This document shows, piece by piece, positions 18,912-29,743 of a DNA stretch of 64,000 nucleotides. Position numbers and translations under genes: made by a program. The number at the start of each line of letters is the position of its first letter. Position 1 is the first letter of the stretch. Source of the stretch: Candidatus Marinacidobacterium sp. (GTDB taxonomy: Bacteria; Acidobacteriota; Vicinamibacteria; Marinacidobacterales; Marinacidobacteraceae); the NCBI GenBank assembly GCA_965250045.1, contig OZ252286.1:2150269-2214268 (forward strand), in the 5' to 3' direction. The notes under the pieces were generated by a model. It was not told the origin of the DNA and made no database searches. It saw only the letters and a list, made by a program, of their open reading frames with translations.

Positions 18912-20221
18912 TAGTTGGCGGCTTCGAGGCCGGCCTCGGCCAGCACGAGCAGCAGCGCCTTCTGGATGCCCAAATGGCCGTCACGGTTGGCCCACCACTC
19001 GTGGAGGGAGTGAGCGCCGAAGCCCTCTCCACCGCTGCCGATCGTGGTGGCCGGGATTCCGCGGGCGATGGGGACGTTCGAGTCCGTGGAGCCCATGCTG
19101 AGTTCCGGCTCCGCCCCAACGGCCCGGGTTGCGGCGAGAGCCCGCTGAATGAGCGGGGTGTCGATCGCAACCATCCCGGACGGGCGATCTCCAATCAACT
19201 CGATGTCCACCGTCAGCTCCTCGCCGTCCCGCCGCATTTCGTTCTGCTCAGCGAGCGCCTCGGTCATCGCCGCGTGGAAGATGGCGTCGATCTCCTCGAG
19301 CCGTCCGGGTTCCATGGACCGCATGTCCACTTCCATCCAATTCTCGAACGGGATCGAATTGATGGAGGTGCCGCCTCCGATGCGTCCGATGTTGTAGGTG
19401 GTCTTGGCTCCCGCCATGACGTATTCGCCCGCGCGATCGTCGAACAGTTTGATGGCCCGCGCCATGGCGTGAGCCGGGTTCCCGAGGCCAAAGGCCCCCC
19501 ACGAATGTCCGCCGGGCCCGAGGAAACGCACCCGAAAGCGATGGGAGCCGATCGCGTGATTCAGCACCCGGGTGTTGCTCGTGCCGTCAATGGCGATGAA
19601 CGCGTCGATCTCCGGTCCCCCGTCGCGGAAGAGGTGCTTGACTCCCCGCAGATCTCCGATTCCCTCTTCCCCGACCGAGCCGACGAACAACACGTCGTCT
19701 CGCGTGTCGAGCCCGTGGCGAGCCATGAGTTTGACGATGGCCAGCATGGTCACCAGGCCGCGGGTGTCGTCGGCGATCCCGGGGGCCATCAGCTTGTCGC
19801 CGGCTCTCCGGACGGTGACATCGGTTCCTTCGGGAAACACGGTGTCGAGGTGAGCTACCACCGCGATCGTCCGGCCTCCGGTTCGGCCGCTCCGACGGGC
19901 GACGACGTTCCCGATCTCATCGATTCCCGCCTCGAGCCCCGCTTCGCGCACGAGTCCCTGGTAGTGGGCAGCTCGCACTTCCTCGATGAAAGGGGGCGCC
20001 GGGATCTCGGTCAACTCGATCAGCAGGCGCTCGTTCTCCTCATCCATCGCGAGGACCTCCTCGAGCGCCGCCGAAACCCGGGGGTCGGCCGTGATTTCCG
20101 CCAGCTCGGCCTGGTACTCGGGAAGCACCTCGAGTTCCTGAGCCTGAACGCCGAGCGCGGGAAAAAGCAGGCCCACGGTCAGGGCAGCGAGCAGTTGCGG
20201 TCTGGAATGCGATAACGGCAT
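18911..20221 (-). CDS. M20/M25/M40 family metallohydrolase, exported
   Basis: AHLDTVFP, PGIADD, VGEEG, GGHSW, STDSN, AHSLHEW. Confidence 0.92.
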   Translation of the reverse strand: MPLSHSRPQLLAALTVGLLFPALGVQAQELEVLPEYQAELAEITADPRVSAALEEVLAMDEENERLLIELTEIPAPPFIEEVRAAHYQGLVREAGLEAGIDEIGNVVARRSGRTGGRTIAVVAHLDTVFPEGTDVTVRRAGDKLMAPGIADDTRGLVTMLAIVKLMARHGLDTRDDVLFVGSVGEEGIGDLRGVKHLFRDGGPEIDAFIAIDGTSNTRVLNHAIGSHRFRVRFLGPGGHSWGAFGLGNPAHAMARAIKLFDDRAGEYVMAGAKTTYNIGRIGGGTSINSIPFENWMEVDMRSMEPGRLEEIDAIFHAAMTEALAEQNEMRRDGEELTVDIELIGDRPSGMVAIDTPLIQRALAATRAVGAEPELSMGSTDSNVPIARGIPATTIGSGGEGFGAHSLHEWWANRDGHLGIQKALLLVLAEAGLEAAN

Positions 20222-20326
20222 AACCGCCCAATGCTACCGGACTCGATGCCTCTTACCGCCGCTGCTTTTTCGAAGCTGAGGGCGTTCGCGAAAACGCCGG
20301 TTCTCCGCTGTAACCTGTGGGTGCCC

Positions 20327-22516
20327 ATGTCGTTTTGCAGTTTTCCGGCTCGGCGGAGGCCCGCTCGCGTACGCGTTCTCTCTCGTCGCCTGTGCGCGGT
20401 GTTTGTCGGCGCTGCCGTCTGCCTGCTCCCGGCGTGGGACAAAGGGGCGTACGCGCAGCCACCCGAGCGGGTGGTGGTTCTCGGATTCGATGGAGCCGAC
20501 CCGGACACCATCGCGGCGATGATCGCGGAGGGCGACCTTCCGAATCTTGCAAGTCTCGCCCGGCAGGGGACCTTCGCTCCGCTGGCCACTACGAAGCCCT
20601 CGGAGTCTCCGGTCGCCTGGGCGACCTTCGCTACCGGAATGAACCCGGGTCGCACGCGGATCTTCGACTTTCTCGAGAAGCGGGAGGACACCTACGTCCC
20701 GCAGATCGCGCTGGTGCGGCAGGCATCGACCGAACTGCCCGGAGTGCCGGTGCGGGTAGGCGCGGTGCTGGCGTTGGCGCTTGGTGCGGGAATCGCGGCG
20801 AGCTGGCTGCTCCAACGCACTTCCGCGAGTCCCCGGATTCGCCGGGCGTTCCTGGTGGTGTTGACGACGGTCCCTGGCGTGGCGGCGGCCCTCGTTGCGG
20901 TGTGGCTGCCCGCCGCGGTTCCGCGGGCGATCCGGGCCCGGCAGGGAGACGCCTTCTGGAAGATAGCCGGCGGAGCCGGGGTGCCTACGGTGGCGCTTCA
21001 GGCACCGATGGAGTTCCCGGTCGAGGAGTCACCCGGCGCCCGCATCCTTGCCGGCTTCGGCGTCCCGGACGTTCGAAAGTCGTTCGGCCTCTGGTCGGTG
21101 TACACGACCGACCTCCTCGAGGAGGAATCCACCGAAACCGGGGGCACCCGTTTCCCGCTCCGTTTCGATGCCGGAGTGGCGCGGAGCGTGATCCGGGGGC
21201 CCCGTGATTTCACGGCGGCGGCCCGGGAGGTGGATCAGCCCGAGGTCGAGATTCCCGTCACGTTCCGGCGAAGCGGAGACGGGCTCGAGATCGAGACGTC
21301 CGGTACGGCCTTCAGCCTGGCTGCCGGAGAGTGGTCCGATTTCGTTTCCGTGCGCTTTCCCCTGAATCCGCTGATCCGGCTGGCGGGGCTGGTGCGTTTT
21401 CGGGTGCTGTCGCTCGAGCCGAATGTCTCGGTCTACATGGAGCCGGTCAACTTCGACCCGGAGCGCCTGCCGCCGATCGTCGACCTCTCCTTCCCCCGGG
21501 ATTTCGCCGGAGATCTGGCCCGGCGCTCCGGTCCCTACGAGACCATCGGCTGGAAGATCATCACGAACCCGCTGCGCGACGAGGCGGTGGATTTCGACGC
21601 CCTGCTCGAGGATGCCCGGTTTGCCCGGGAGTCGAACGAACGGCTCCTGATGGAGACGTTCCGCGAGGACTCCTGGCGGCTGCTGACGGCGGTCTTCCTG
21701 TTCCCCGATCGGATCCAGCACATGCTCTACCGGTTCGCCGACCCCGATCATCCGAACCACGATCCGGAGCTGGGCCGGCGCTATGGCGGGGGGATCGCCC
21801 AAACCTATCGGGATCTCGACCGGATCGTCGGAGACGCCGTGGCGGCGGCGCCTCCCGGCACCCGGTTCCTGGTGGTCTCCGACCACGGCTTCCATTCCTT
21901 CCGGAAGCAGTTCAACGTGAACACCTGGCTCGCCGAGAATGGCTACCTGCGGGCGGCAGGGGATTCGGGAGAGCGCCGATTGGAGGATCTGTTCGATCCC
22001 GAGGCGCTGTTCTTCCCCGGGGTGGACTGGAGCCGGACGAGTGCGTTCGCCCTGGGCCTTTCAGGGATCTATCTGAATCAGCAGGGCCGGGAGCCCGAAG
22101 GGACCGTCGCACCGGGAGCGGAGCGCGAGCAACTCCTCGAGCGACTCATCAGCGACCTCAAGGCGTTCCGCGATCCGGAAACCGGAGACCCCGTGGTCCG
22201 TGCGGTGTACCGGCGCGCGGAGATCTACCGGGGCCCGTTTGTGGAGGAGGCTCCCGATCTGATCCTCGGCCTGGAGCCCGGCTACCGAATCGGGTGGCAG
22301 AGCACCCTCGGTGGAATGCCGCCGTCTTCGATCACTCCGAATCTGGACAACTGGAGCGGTGACCACTGCTCCATGGAGGACACCGCCGGAGTCCTGCTCT
22401 CCAACGTGTCGCTCCGCGAGCCGGCGTCGCTCCGGGATATCGCCCCAACGGTCCTCGACCTGCTGGGAGTCAGCGTGCCGGAGGACGTGGACGGAACCTC
22501 GCTGCTGCCGCGCTGA
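20327..22516 (+). CDS. Alkaline phosphatase superfamily / nucleotide pyrophosphatase-phosphodiesterase
   Basis: VVLGFDGAD, PSESPVAWATFATG, DRIQH, VSDHGF, SGDH; start uncertain. Confidence 0.88.
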   Translation: MSFCSFPARRRPARVRVLSRRLCAVFVGAAVCLLPAWDKGAYAQPPERVVVLGFDGADPDTIAAMIAEGDLPNLASLARQGTFAPLATTKPSESPVAWATFATGMNPGRTRIFDFLEKREDTYVPQIALVRQASTELPGVPVRVGAVLALALGAGIAASWLLQRTSASPRIRRAFLVVLTTVPGVAAALVAVWLPAAVPRAIRARQGDAFWKIAGGAGVPTVALQAPMEFPVEESPGARILAGFGVPDVRKSFGLWSVYTTDLLEEESTETGGTRFPLRFDAGVARSVIRGPRDFTAAAREVDQPEVEIPVTFRRSGDGLEIETSGTAFSLAAGEWSDFVSVRFPLNPLIRLAGLVRFRVLSLEPNVSVYMEPVNFDPERLPPIVDLSFPRDFAGDLARRSGPYETIGWKIITNPLRDEAVDFDALLEDARFARESNERLLMETFREDSWRLLTAVFLFPDRIQHMLYRFADPDHPNHDPELGRRYGGGIAQTYRDLDRIVGDAVAAAPPGTRFLVVSDHGFHSFRKQFNVNTWLAENGYLRAAGDSGERRLEDLFDPEALFFPGVDWSRTSAFALGLSGIYLNQQGREPEGTVAPGAEREQLLERLISDLKAFRDPETGDPVVRAVYRRAEIYRGPFVEEAPDLILGLEPGYRIGWQSTLGGMPPSSITPNLDNWSGDHCSMEDTAGVLLSNVSLREPASLRDIAPTVLDLLGVSVPEDVDGTSLLPR

Positions 22517-22548
22517 GCCCGACGCCGGAGCTGGGTCCCGGAGGTTTA

Positions 22549-22765
22549 ACAGCCTGTAGCAAAACCCACGCGGCCCAGTTCTCCCGGTGGGGGCTCGGCC
22601 GGCGATCCATCCCGGCTGAACCGCGTCGCTTCGCGCCGCTCATCGTTGCGTGTCGGTCGGAATACACCCGGGCCAGTTCTCCCGGTGGGGGCTCCTCCCT
22701 CACGCGCCTTGTCAGCCGGGCGCCTCGCCGGTCTCGGCGCTCACGCGGGTTTCACCACAGGCTGT
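22549..22765 (+). mobile_element. MITE copy (217 bp, two modules)
   Basis: TA|ACAGCCTGTAG...CCACAGGCTGT|TA; overlaps the lctP stop. Confidence 0.85.
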
Positions 22766-24534
22766 TAGTTGGTGCGGTTGCGGAAGATCCACACCGCGGC
22801 CCCGATCGCGATGCCGGCCACGACCAGGGAACCGGCATTTACCGGTCCCAGCGTGCCGGACCACAGGATCGCATAACCGAGGGCTCCCGGGAGCAGGGCG
22901 TAGTAGACGAACGGAACCAGCGTGCGCCGGATCACCGCGCCTTCCCGGCCGACCAGCCCGACGACCGCCGAGGCGGCCACCACGTTGTGGACACAGATCA
23001 TGTTCCCTGCCGCTCCCCCGACCGCCTGGAGCGCGACCACCCAGCCGGGATCCACCGAGAGACGCTCGCCGACACCGAACTGGAACAAGGAGAACATCAT
23101 GTTGCTCACCGTGTTGCTCCCGGCGACGAAGGCCCCGAGACCGCCGATGAAGGGTGCGAAGAACGGCCACGCCGACCCCGCGATCTGTGCGGCGCCCTCA
23201 GCGAGGGCGATGGGCATCGAGGCGAGCCCTGCCGCACCGCCGCCGGTGTTCAGGAACACCTGCACCATGGGCACGGTGAACACGAGCGCCACCGAAGCGA
23301 GGGCGGTACTCCGGAATGAGGCGGAGACGGCGCGCCCGACCTGCCCTCGGTCCATCCGGTGGATCAGGACCGCAAACAGCGAGGCGGCGATGAAGACGGC
23401 GCCCGGAAGGAAGAGCGGCGCGGCGCTCGCGCTGATGTCGCTGCCGAAGATGTCCGACCAGCGAATCACCACTCCCGAAAGGAATTCCTTGAAGGGCAGC
23501 GACGGCAGGCGGGTAAGCACCAGGAGACCGCCGACTACCGCATAGGGAGCCCATGCGGATACGGCTCCGATCTTGCGGCCCTCCGCCGGCTGGGTGTCCG
23601 AGATCAGCTTTCCTCCGACCCAGTCCGCGTCCCAGGCGGAGCGCGGCGGGAACTCGAAATGTTGGCTGGCAGGGGGCATGAAGAGGCCCCGCCGCGCGGC
23701 CGTAACTACGATCCCGAGCCCGATCAGGCCGCCGAGGAGCGCCGGGAATTCGGGACCGAGCAGCCAGGCGGTGAGCAGGTAGGGAGCCGTCATCGACACC
23801 GCGGCGAAAAGGGCGAACTTCCAGACCGCGAGGCCCTCCCGGAAGCTCCGGCGCTCCCCGAAGAACCTGGTCATGGTGGCGACCACGATCAGCGGGACCA
23901 GGGTGCCGGCGACGGCATGCAGGATCGCGACCCGAAGTCCGATGAAGGCCAGGAACTCCGTCCATTCCGGGAATCCGAGCCCGGCGGCGTAGGCGGCGAC
24001 CGCTTCCGATCCCGAGAGACCGGTGGAGACCCCGACCAGGATCGGGGTTCCCGCGGCGCCAAAGGAGACCGGGGTGCTCTGGATGATCATTCCCGCCACC
24101 ACGGCGGCGAGCGGCGGGAACCCGAGGCCCACCATCAACGGCACGGCAACGGCGGCCGGCGTCCCAAACCCGGCCGACCCCTCGATGAATGATCCGAACA
24201 GCCAGGCGATCAGGAGGACCTGGATGCGACGGTCGGGAGTGATGCCGACAAACCCGCGTCGGATCACGGAGAGGGCTCCGCTCTCCTGCATGGTGTGCAG
24301 CAGGAGAAGCGCGCCGAAGATGATGTAGAGCAGCGTCCCCGCGACCACCAGGCCGTTGACCGACGCGGCCGCGATCCGGACGCCGGAAATGCCCCAGATA
24401 CCCCAGGCGAGTCCAGCCGCCGCGAGCCAGCTAAGCGGCATGGCGCGCGACGCCGGCCAGCGCAATCCGACCAGAAAGAGTGCGACCACCCCGATCGGGA
24501 CGAGCGCGATCGCGGCAAGACCAAGAGTTCCCAT
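22765..24534 (-). CDS. lctP: L-lactate permease
   Basis: Polytopic membrane protein; [39 protein letters not shown]. Confidence 0.93.
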   Translation of the reverse strand: MGTLGLAAIALVPIGVVALFLVGLRWPASRAMPLSWLAAAGLAWGIWGISGVRIAAASVNGLVVAGTLLYIIFGALLLLHTMQESGALSVIRRGFVGITPDRRIQVLLIAWLFGSFIEGSAGFGTPAAVAVPLMVGLGFPPLAAVVAGMIIQSTPVSFGAAGTPILVGVSTGLSGSEAVAAYAAGLGFPEWTEFLAFIGLRVAILHAVAGTLVPLIVVATMTRFFGERRSFREGLAVWKFALFAAVSMTAPYLLTAWLLGPEFPALLGGLIGLGIVVTAARRGLFMPPASQHFEFPPRSAWDADWVGGKLISDTQPAEGRKIGAVSAWAPYAVVGGLLVLTRLPSLPFKEFLSGVVIRWSDIFGSDISASAAPLFLPGAVFIAASLFAVLIHRMDRGQVGRAVSASFRSTALASVALVFTVPMVQVFLNTGGGAAGLASMPIALAEGAAQIAGSAWPFFAPFIGGLGAFVAGSNTVSNMMFSLFQFGVGERLSVDPGWVVALQAVGGAAGNMICVHNVVAASAVVGLVGREGAVIRRTLVPFVYYALLPGALGYAILWSGTLGPVNAGSLVVAGIAIGAAVWIFRNRTN

Positions 24535-24594
24535 GGCGGTTACTGGCCTCCTGTTCCTCCAGATTCCTCGCGGCCTACGGAGGGCTCACTGTTG

Positions 24595-24816
24595 GCGGGC
24601 TGTGGCGAAACGCTGGTCCGCTCCATTCGCGGCGCGCAGCGCCGCGGGGGAGGGGTGTGGGGAGGGGTTTCCCCTCCCCACGAAAGACGATAGCGCGGAT
24701 CGCGGAGCGATTCGCGCTATCACCCGTGGGGAAAGCGCCCCGCACGCGCGCAAATCGCCGGAATCGCCGCACGTGCCGTTCCGGAAAATTTGCGGGGCGC
24801 TTTTCCCACGGACTGT
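24595..24816. repeat. Second MITE-like palindromic element with an unrelated interior
   Basis: Ends GCGGGCTGTGGCGAAA / TTTTCCCACGGACTGT|TA resemble the main family termini; three internal inverted repeats. Confidence 0.5.
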
Positions 24817-24829
24817 TAGGCTCCCGGCC

Positions 24830-26137
24830 GTGCCACGGGCATCGTTTACTTCGCTGGGCTGTCGTCTCAACCACACGGAGGCGGCGAACTGGGCAGGGCA
24901 CTTCGCGGGCAAAGGCTACACGATCGTTCCCTGGGGGGAGCCGACCGATCTCGTGGTTATCAACACCTGCTCGGTGACCCATCGAGCGGAGGCGCACTGC
25001 CGCAACACCGTGCGGCGGACGCTTCGTCACTCACCCGAGGCCTTCGTGGTGGTGGCGGGGTGCTATGCGCAATCCGGCCTCGACGCCCTCCGGGAAATCG
25101 CCGGCGTGGACATGATCGTCGGGACCGAATTCAAGGAAAGCTTTCCCGACTATCTGGATCGGCCGCGGAAACTTCCCGAACCGGTCGTTCTCCACTCGGC
25201 GCGGATTTCGCGGCATGAATTCGAGGTTCCGTCCACGGGGCGCTACGACTCCACCCGCGCGAATCTCAAGGTGCAGGACGGGTGCGATTTCTTCTGTTCG
25301 TTCTGCATCATCCCCTACACGCGGGGCCGGGAGCGCAGCCGGCGATTCGACGACCTGGTCCGGGAGGCTCGGGAACTCGCCGAAGCCGGGTATCAGGAAC
25401 TCGTGCTCACGGGAGTGAACATCGGGCGCTACCAAAGCGGAGGCCGCACCCTGGCCGATGTCGCGGACCGGCTCGAGGAGGTTCCCGGCGTACGGAGAAT
25501 CCGCATCACCTCGATCGAGCCGACCACCGTGGAAGACCGCTTGCTCGACCGAATGGCCGAGCGCGGGGCGCTCTGCCGCTATCTGCATCTCCCGTTACAG
25601 AGCGGGGACGATGAAGTGCTGGCCCGGATGGGCCGCCGCTACGGAATGCGCGACTACCGCGATTTTGCGGATCGGGCTGTCGAAACGGTGCCCGGTCTTG
25701 GTCTCGGGACCGATGTAATTGTCGGATTCCCGGGCGAAACGGATGACGCGTTTCGGCGCACCTGCGACAACCTGCAAGAAATTCCGTTCGCCTACTACCA
25801 CGTGTTCAGCTACTCGTCACGCGCCGGAACCCGGGCGGCGGGTCTGCCCGACCACCTCCCGCCCAATGTGGTCGCCGAGCGCAGCCGGATCCTCAGGGAG
25901 CTCTCGGACCGGCGCCGAGACGCGTTCGCAAGGCGCCACCTGGGGCAGCGCGTGGAAGTCCTGTTCGAGCAGCAGGACCGTTCGGGCCGCTGGACCGGCT
26001 TGACCGACTCCTACCTTCGAGTCGGGGTGGTCTCGGCAGAACCTCTCGAAAACTGCATCCGCGAGGTACAGATCACCCGGGTCGCGAGCGAAGCCCCCGG
26101 CCTTGCGGTCGGAACCCTGGTTCCGGCCGGCGGCTAG
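24830..26137 (+). CDS. mtaB: tRNA t6A methylthiotransferase
   Basis: SLGCRLN, INTCSVT, LKVQDGCDFFCSFCIIP, SIEP, HLPLQSG; GTG 24830. Confidence 0.9.
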   Translation: MPRASFTSLGCRLNHTEAANWAGHFAGKGYTIVPWGEPTDLVVINTCSVTHRAEAHCRNTVRRTLRHSPEAFVVVAGCYAQSGLDALREIAGVDMIVGTEFKESFPDYLDRPRKLPEPVVLHSARISRHEFEVPSTGRYDSTRANLKVQDGCDFFCSFCIIPYTRGRERSRRFDDLVREARELAEAGYQELVLTGVNIGRYQSGGRTLADVADRLEEVPGVRRIRITSIEPTTVEDRLLDRMAERGALCRYLHLPLQSGDDEVLARMGRRYGMRDYRDFADRAVETVPGLGLGTDVIVGFPGETDDAFRRTCDNLQEIPFAYYHVFSYSSRAGTRAAGLPDHLPPNVVAERSRILRELSDRRRDAFARRHLGQRVEVLFEQQDRSGRWTGLTDSYLRVGVVSAEPLENCIREVQITRVASEAPGLAVGTLVPAGG

Positions 26138-26246
26138 CGCGGGAGAGATCCAGGCGCGCGGTCAGCGCGGCCGAATCCTTCGGCGGAGATGCTCTGAGCT
26201 GAACCGCCTCAGGCGGAGACCCGGGCGGGACTCCAGCGTATCTCTA

Positions 26247-26672
26247 GCAGCCTGTGGACAAAGTCACGCGGCCCAGTTCTCCCGGTGGGGGCTCGGCTGC
26301 CGATGCATCCCGGCCAAACAACCGGTGATGAAACCCACGCGGCCCAGTTCTCCCGGTGGGGGCTCGGCCGGCGATCCATCCCGGCTGAACCGCGCCGCTC
26401 ATCGTTGCGTTTCGGTCGAAATACACCAGGTATTCCTCCCTCACGCGCCTTGTCAGCCGGGCGCCTCGCCGGCCTCGGCGCTCACGTGGGTTCCACCACC
26501 GGCTGTTCACCGCGCCTCTGCGAGGCGCTCATCGTTGCGCTTCGGTCGAAATACGCTCGGGCCAGTTCTCCCGGTGGGGGCTCCTCCCTTGCGCGCCTTG
26601 TCAGCCGAACCCCCACCGGGAGAACTGGGCCTCGCCAGCCTCGGCGCTCACGCCACTTTGTCCACCGGCTAC
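26247..26672 (+). mobile_element. Nested MITE (4 modules, 10-nt internal deletion)
   Basis: Outer GCAGCCTGTGGACAAAG..CTTTGTCCACCGGCTAC|TA; overlaps the nrdJ stop. Confidence 0.85.
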
Positions 26673-29431
26673 TAGGAGCAGCCCGAGGTGGCGCCGCAGT
26701 TCAGGCACTTGAAACAGGTGCCGCTCCTCACCATCAGGGCTCCGCAGGTGGAACAGGGCGGGGCATCGGCGAAGACGGCCGCCGGTTCCAGCACCGTGCT
26801 ACGACGCGGGTGAGGACGGGCTTTCGCACGGCGCGCGGTGGGCCGGCGTGGCTCACTGTCTTCGGCGCCCATTTCGTCGGGAACCGTCAGAAAACGGTGT
26901 CCCAGCCAGCGGAAGATGTAGTCGGTGATCGAGTCGGCGTGCGGGATGTCCGGATTGCCGGTGTATCCCGATGGTTCGAAGCGAGTGTGGGAGAACTTGT
27001 CGACCAAAACCTTGAGCGGAACCCGGTACTGGAGGTTGTAGGAGACCGCCCGCGCGAAGGCGTCCATCAGTCCGGAGACGAAGGAGCCTTCCTTGGCCAT
27101 CCGCAGGAAGATCTCGCACGGAGAGCCATCCTCACGGAGTCCGACCGTGAGGTATCCCTTGTGTCCCCCGATATCGAACTTGTGGATGATGGCGTCGCGC
27201 TCCGGCGGCAGGTGTTCCTTCTCGGCCGTGTCGGAGATGGTCGGCGCCTCCGGCGTGGATTCGCCACGATTCAGAGGCTGAGATTTCTTGCTGCCGTCCC
27301 GATAGATGGCAACCGCCTTCAAGCCGAGCTTCCAGGAGGCCAGATATGTGTCCTCGACGTCCTCGACGGTGCTTTCCTCGGGCATGTTGACCGTCTTGGA
27401 AATGGCGCCCGAGAGGAAGGGTTGGACCGCATGCATCATCTTGACGTGGCCCATGTGGTGGATGGAACGCTTGCCGCCGAACGGCTCGAGGGCGCAATCG
27501 AACACCGGGAGATGTTCCTCATTCAGGTCGGGGGCCCCCTCGACATGGCCGTGCTCATCCACGTAGTCCCAGATCCGCCGAATGGCTGCGTCGTCGTAGC
27601 CCAGGCGCCCAAGCGCCGAGCGCACGGTCTGATTGACGATGCGGATGATGCCGCCGCCGCTGAGCTTCTTGTGCTTGATCAAAGAGAGATCAGGCTCCAC
27701 ACCGGTCGTGTCGCAATCCATCATGAGTCCGATGGTGCCGGTGGGAGCGAGCACCGAAGCCTGGCCGTTCCGGTAGCCGTATTCCTCTCCGAGCGCGATG
27801 GCCTCATCCCAGACCTGCTGCGCCCGGGGAAGGATTTCCGTCGGGACTCCCGCCGCATCGATGTCCAGCGCTGCATCCTGATGCATGCGCATCACCTCGA
27901 GGAAGGGCGCTTCGTTCTCCGGATAGCCCTGGAACGGTCCCGTGATGTCGGCGATGCGAGCCGACTGGCGGTAGGCGCGTCCGGTCATCAGTGACGTCAG
28001 CGAAGCGGCGATCGATCGACCGAGATCGCTGTCGTACGGAACACCCCGGTGCATCAGGAGTGCCCCGAGGTTCGCGTAGCCGAGCCCGAGGGGCCGGAAC
28101 TCGTGCGAGTTCTTCTCGATCCGCGCCGTTGGATAGCTCGCATTCCCGACGATGATTTCCATGCCGGTCAGGACCACGTCCACCGCGTGTTCAAAGCCCT
28201 CGGTGTCGAAGTCGCGTTCCTCACTGACGAACTTCATGAGGTTCAGGGATGCGAGATTGCAGGCGCTGTCGTCGAGGTACATGTACTCGGAACACGGGTT
28301 CGAGGCGTTGATCCGCGCGGTGTTCTTCGAGGTGTGCCAGCGGTTGACGGTGTCGTCGAACTGCATGCCCGGATCGCCGCACCGGTGTGCCGATTCCGCG
28401 ATCTGCCGGAACAGTTCCCGGGCTCGCATGGTGTCCATCGGCTCACCCGTGGTAATCGCGCGGGTGGACCAGTCTTCGTCGTTTTCGACGGCGCGCATGA
28501 ACGCATCACTCACTCGCACGCTGTGGTTGGCGTTTTGATACTGGATGGACGCGTAGGCCTCGCCGTTCAGGGAGCCGTCATAGCCCGCGTCAATGAGTGC
28601 GTGGGCCTTTTGTTCCTCGCGGGACTTGCAGTCAATGAAATCGAGGATGTCCGGGTGATCCACGTTGAGAATCACCATCTTCGCGGCTCGGCGAGTCTTG
28701 CCGCCGCTTCGGATGACGCCGGCGAAAGAGTCGTACCCCTTCATGAAGGAAACCGGCCCGGAGGCTGTCCCGCCGCTGGACAACTGTTCGCGTGAACTGC
28801 GGATTGTGGAAAGGTTGGTCCCGGTGCCGGACCCCCACTTGAAGAGCATCCCTTCGGTCTTGGCGAGGGTCAGGATGGAATCCATGGTGTCCTCGACCGA
28901 GTTGATGAAACAGGCCGAGCACTGAGGATGCTTCTCGACACCGCAGTTGAACCAGACCGGCGAGTTGAAGGCCGCGTACTGGTTGAGCAGCAGGAAGGTG
29001 AGTTCCTCGCGGAACGTATCCGCGGCCTCCTGGTCGGCGAAGTACCCATCCTTCACACCCCAGGCGGCGATCTGGTCGGCGACCCGTCCGACGAGTTGCC
29101 GGACGCTCGATTCGCGTTCTCCCTTCTCAAGCGATCCGTGGAAGTACTTCGACGCCACGATGGTGGTCGCCATCATGGACCATGACTTCGGGAACTCCAC
29201 GCCGTGCTGGGCGAAGATCGTTTCGCCGTACTCGTCAGTGATGATGGCGTCGCGCTTTTCCCACTCCACCTGGTCATAGGGTGAGACGCCACGTTCCGTA
29301 AAGCGGCGCCGGAATTCGAGTCCGCCGGCGCGACCGTTCTTTAGTTCCTTCCGGGTCTCTTGTTCCTTCCGGGTCTCTTGTTCCTTCCTGGAGCGGGGCT
29401 CCACGGTGGTGGGTTCTACGGCTACGTGCAT
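26672..29431 (-). CDS. nrdJ: Adenosylcobalamin-dependent (class II) ribonucleotide reductase
   Basis: FNSPVWFN, QCSACFI, SNPCSEY, SACNLASLN, APTGTI, C-terminal Zn-ribbon ending TSGCS; ATG 29431; short KEQETR tandem repeat near the N-terminus. Confidence 0.95.
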   Translation of the reverse strand: MHVAVEPTTVEPRSRKEQETRKEQETRKELKNGRAGGLEFRRRFTERGVSPYDQVEWEKRDAIITDEYGETIFAQHGVEFPKSWSMMATTIVASKYFHGSLEKGERESSVRQLVGRVADQIAAWGVKDGYFADQEAADTFREELTFLLLNQYAAFNSPVWFNCGVEKHPQCSACFINSVEDTMDSILTLAKTEGMLFKWGSGTGTNLSTIRSSREQLSSGGTASGPVSFMKGYDSFAGVIRSGGKTRRAAKMVILNVDHPDILDFIDCKSREEQKAHALIDAGYDGSLNGEAYASIQYQNANHSVRVSDAFMRAVENDEDWSTRAITTGEPMDTMRARELFRQIAESAHRCGDPGMQFDDTVNRWHTSKNTARINASNPCSEYMYLDDSACNLASLNLMKFVSEERDFDTEGFEHAVDVVLTGMEIIVGNASYPTARIEKNSHEFRPLGLGYANLGALLMHRGVPYDSDLGRSIAASLTSLMTGRAYRQSARIADITGPFQGYPENEAPFLEVMRMHQDAALDIDAAGVPTEILPRAQQVWDEAIALGEEYGYRNGQASVLAPTGTIGLMMDCDTTGVEPDLSLIKHKKLSGGGIIRIVNQTVRSALGRLGYDDAAIRRIWDYVDEHGHVEGAPDLNEEHLPVFDCALEPFGGKRSIHHMGHVKMMHAVQPFLSGAISKTVNMPEESTVEDVEDTYLASWKLGLKAVAIYRDGSKKSQPLNRGESTPEAPTISDTAEKEHLPPERDAIIHKFDIGGHKGYLTVGLREDGSPCEIFLRMAKEGSFVSGLMDAFARAVSYNLQYRVPLKVLVDKFSHTRFEPSGYTGNPDIPHADSITDYIFRWLGHRFLTVPDEMGAEDSEPRRPTARRAKARPHPRRSTVLEPAAVFADAPPCSTCGALMVRSGTCFKCLNCGATSGCS

Positions 29432-29522
29432 GTCGAACAGATGTCCTCTCGTTGGAAGAAGCGGAGAAGTGACGTGAACACGCTCCACCGAGCGCGCCAA
29501 AAGAGCTTTGGATGAGACTAAA

Positions 29523-29570
29523 CCACAACATGTTGCGGTATGCAACCGCCAGCACCACAACCGGTTGTGG
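29523..29570. promoter_or_regulatory. Tandem NrdR boxes upstream of nrdJ
   Basis: CCACAACATGTTGCGG (29523-29538) and CCACAACCGGTTGTGG (29555-29570), 32 bp start-to-start. Confidence 0.85.
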
Positions 29571-29684
29571 GTACGGCGCCGGCCAAAAAGTGCGGAGTTC
29601 CCGCCGGGAGCGGGTCTGCGCTCGCGTTGTCCGGCAGACTTTGGCTGGGGGATGCGATGTCCGGACCGTTCCCCGCGGGCCGCG

Positions 29685-29719
29685 AAAAGTCCCCCGGCGG
29701 CGGCGCCGCCGGGGGACAC
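29685..29719 (-). terminator. Rho-independent terminator
   Basis: Minus strand GTCCCCCGGCGGC-GCC-GCCGCCGGGGGAC-TTTT, just after the 29744 stop. Confidence 0.8.
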
Positions 29720-29743
29720 TTGCTGGTGAGACCCGAAGAATTC

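Noticed and set aside
29571-29743. Cobalamin riboswitch upstream of nrdJ
   Set aside because: No B12-box motifs seen; the region is explained by a terminator and the NrdR boxes.
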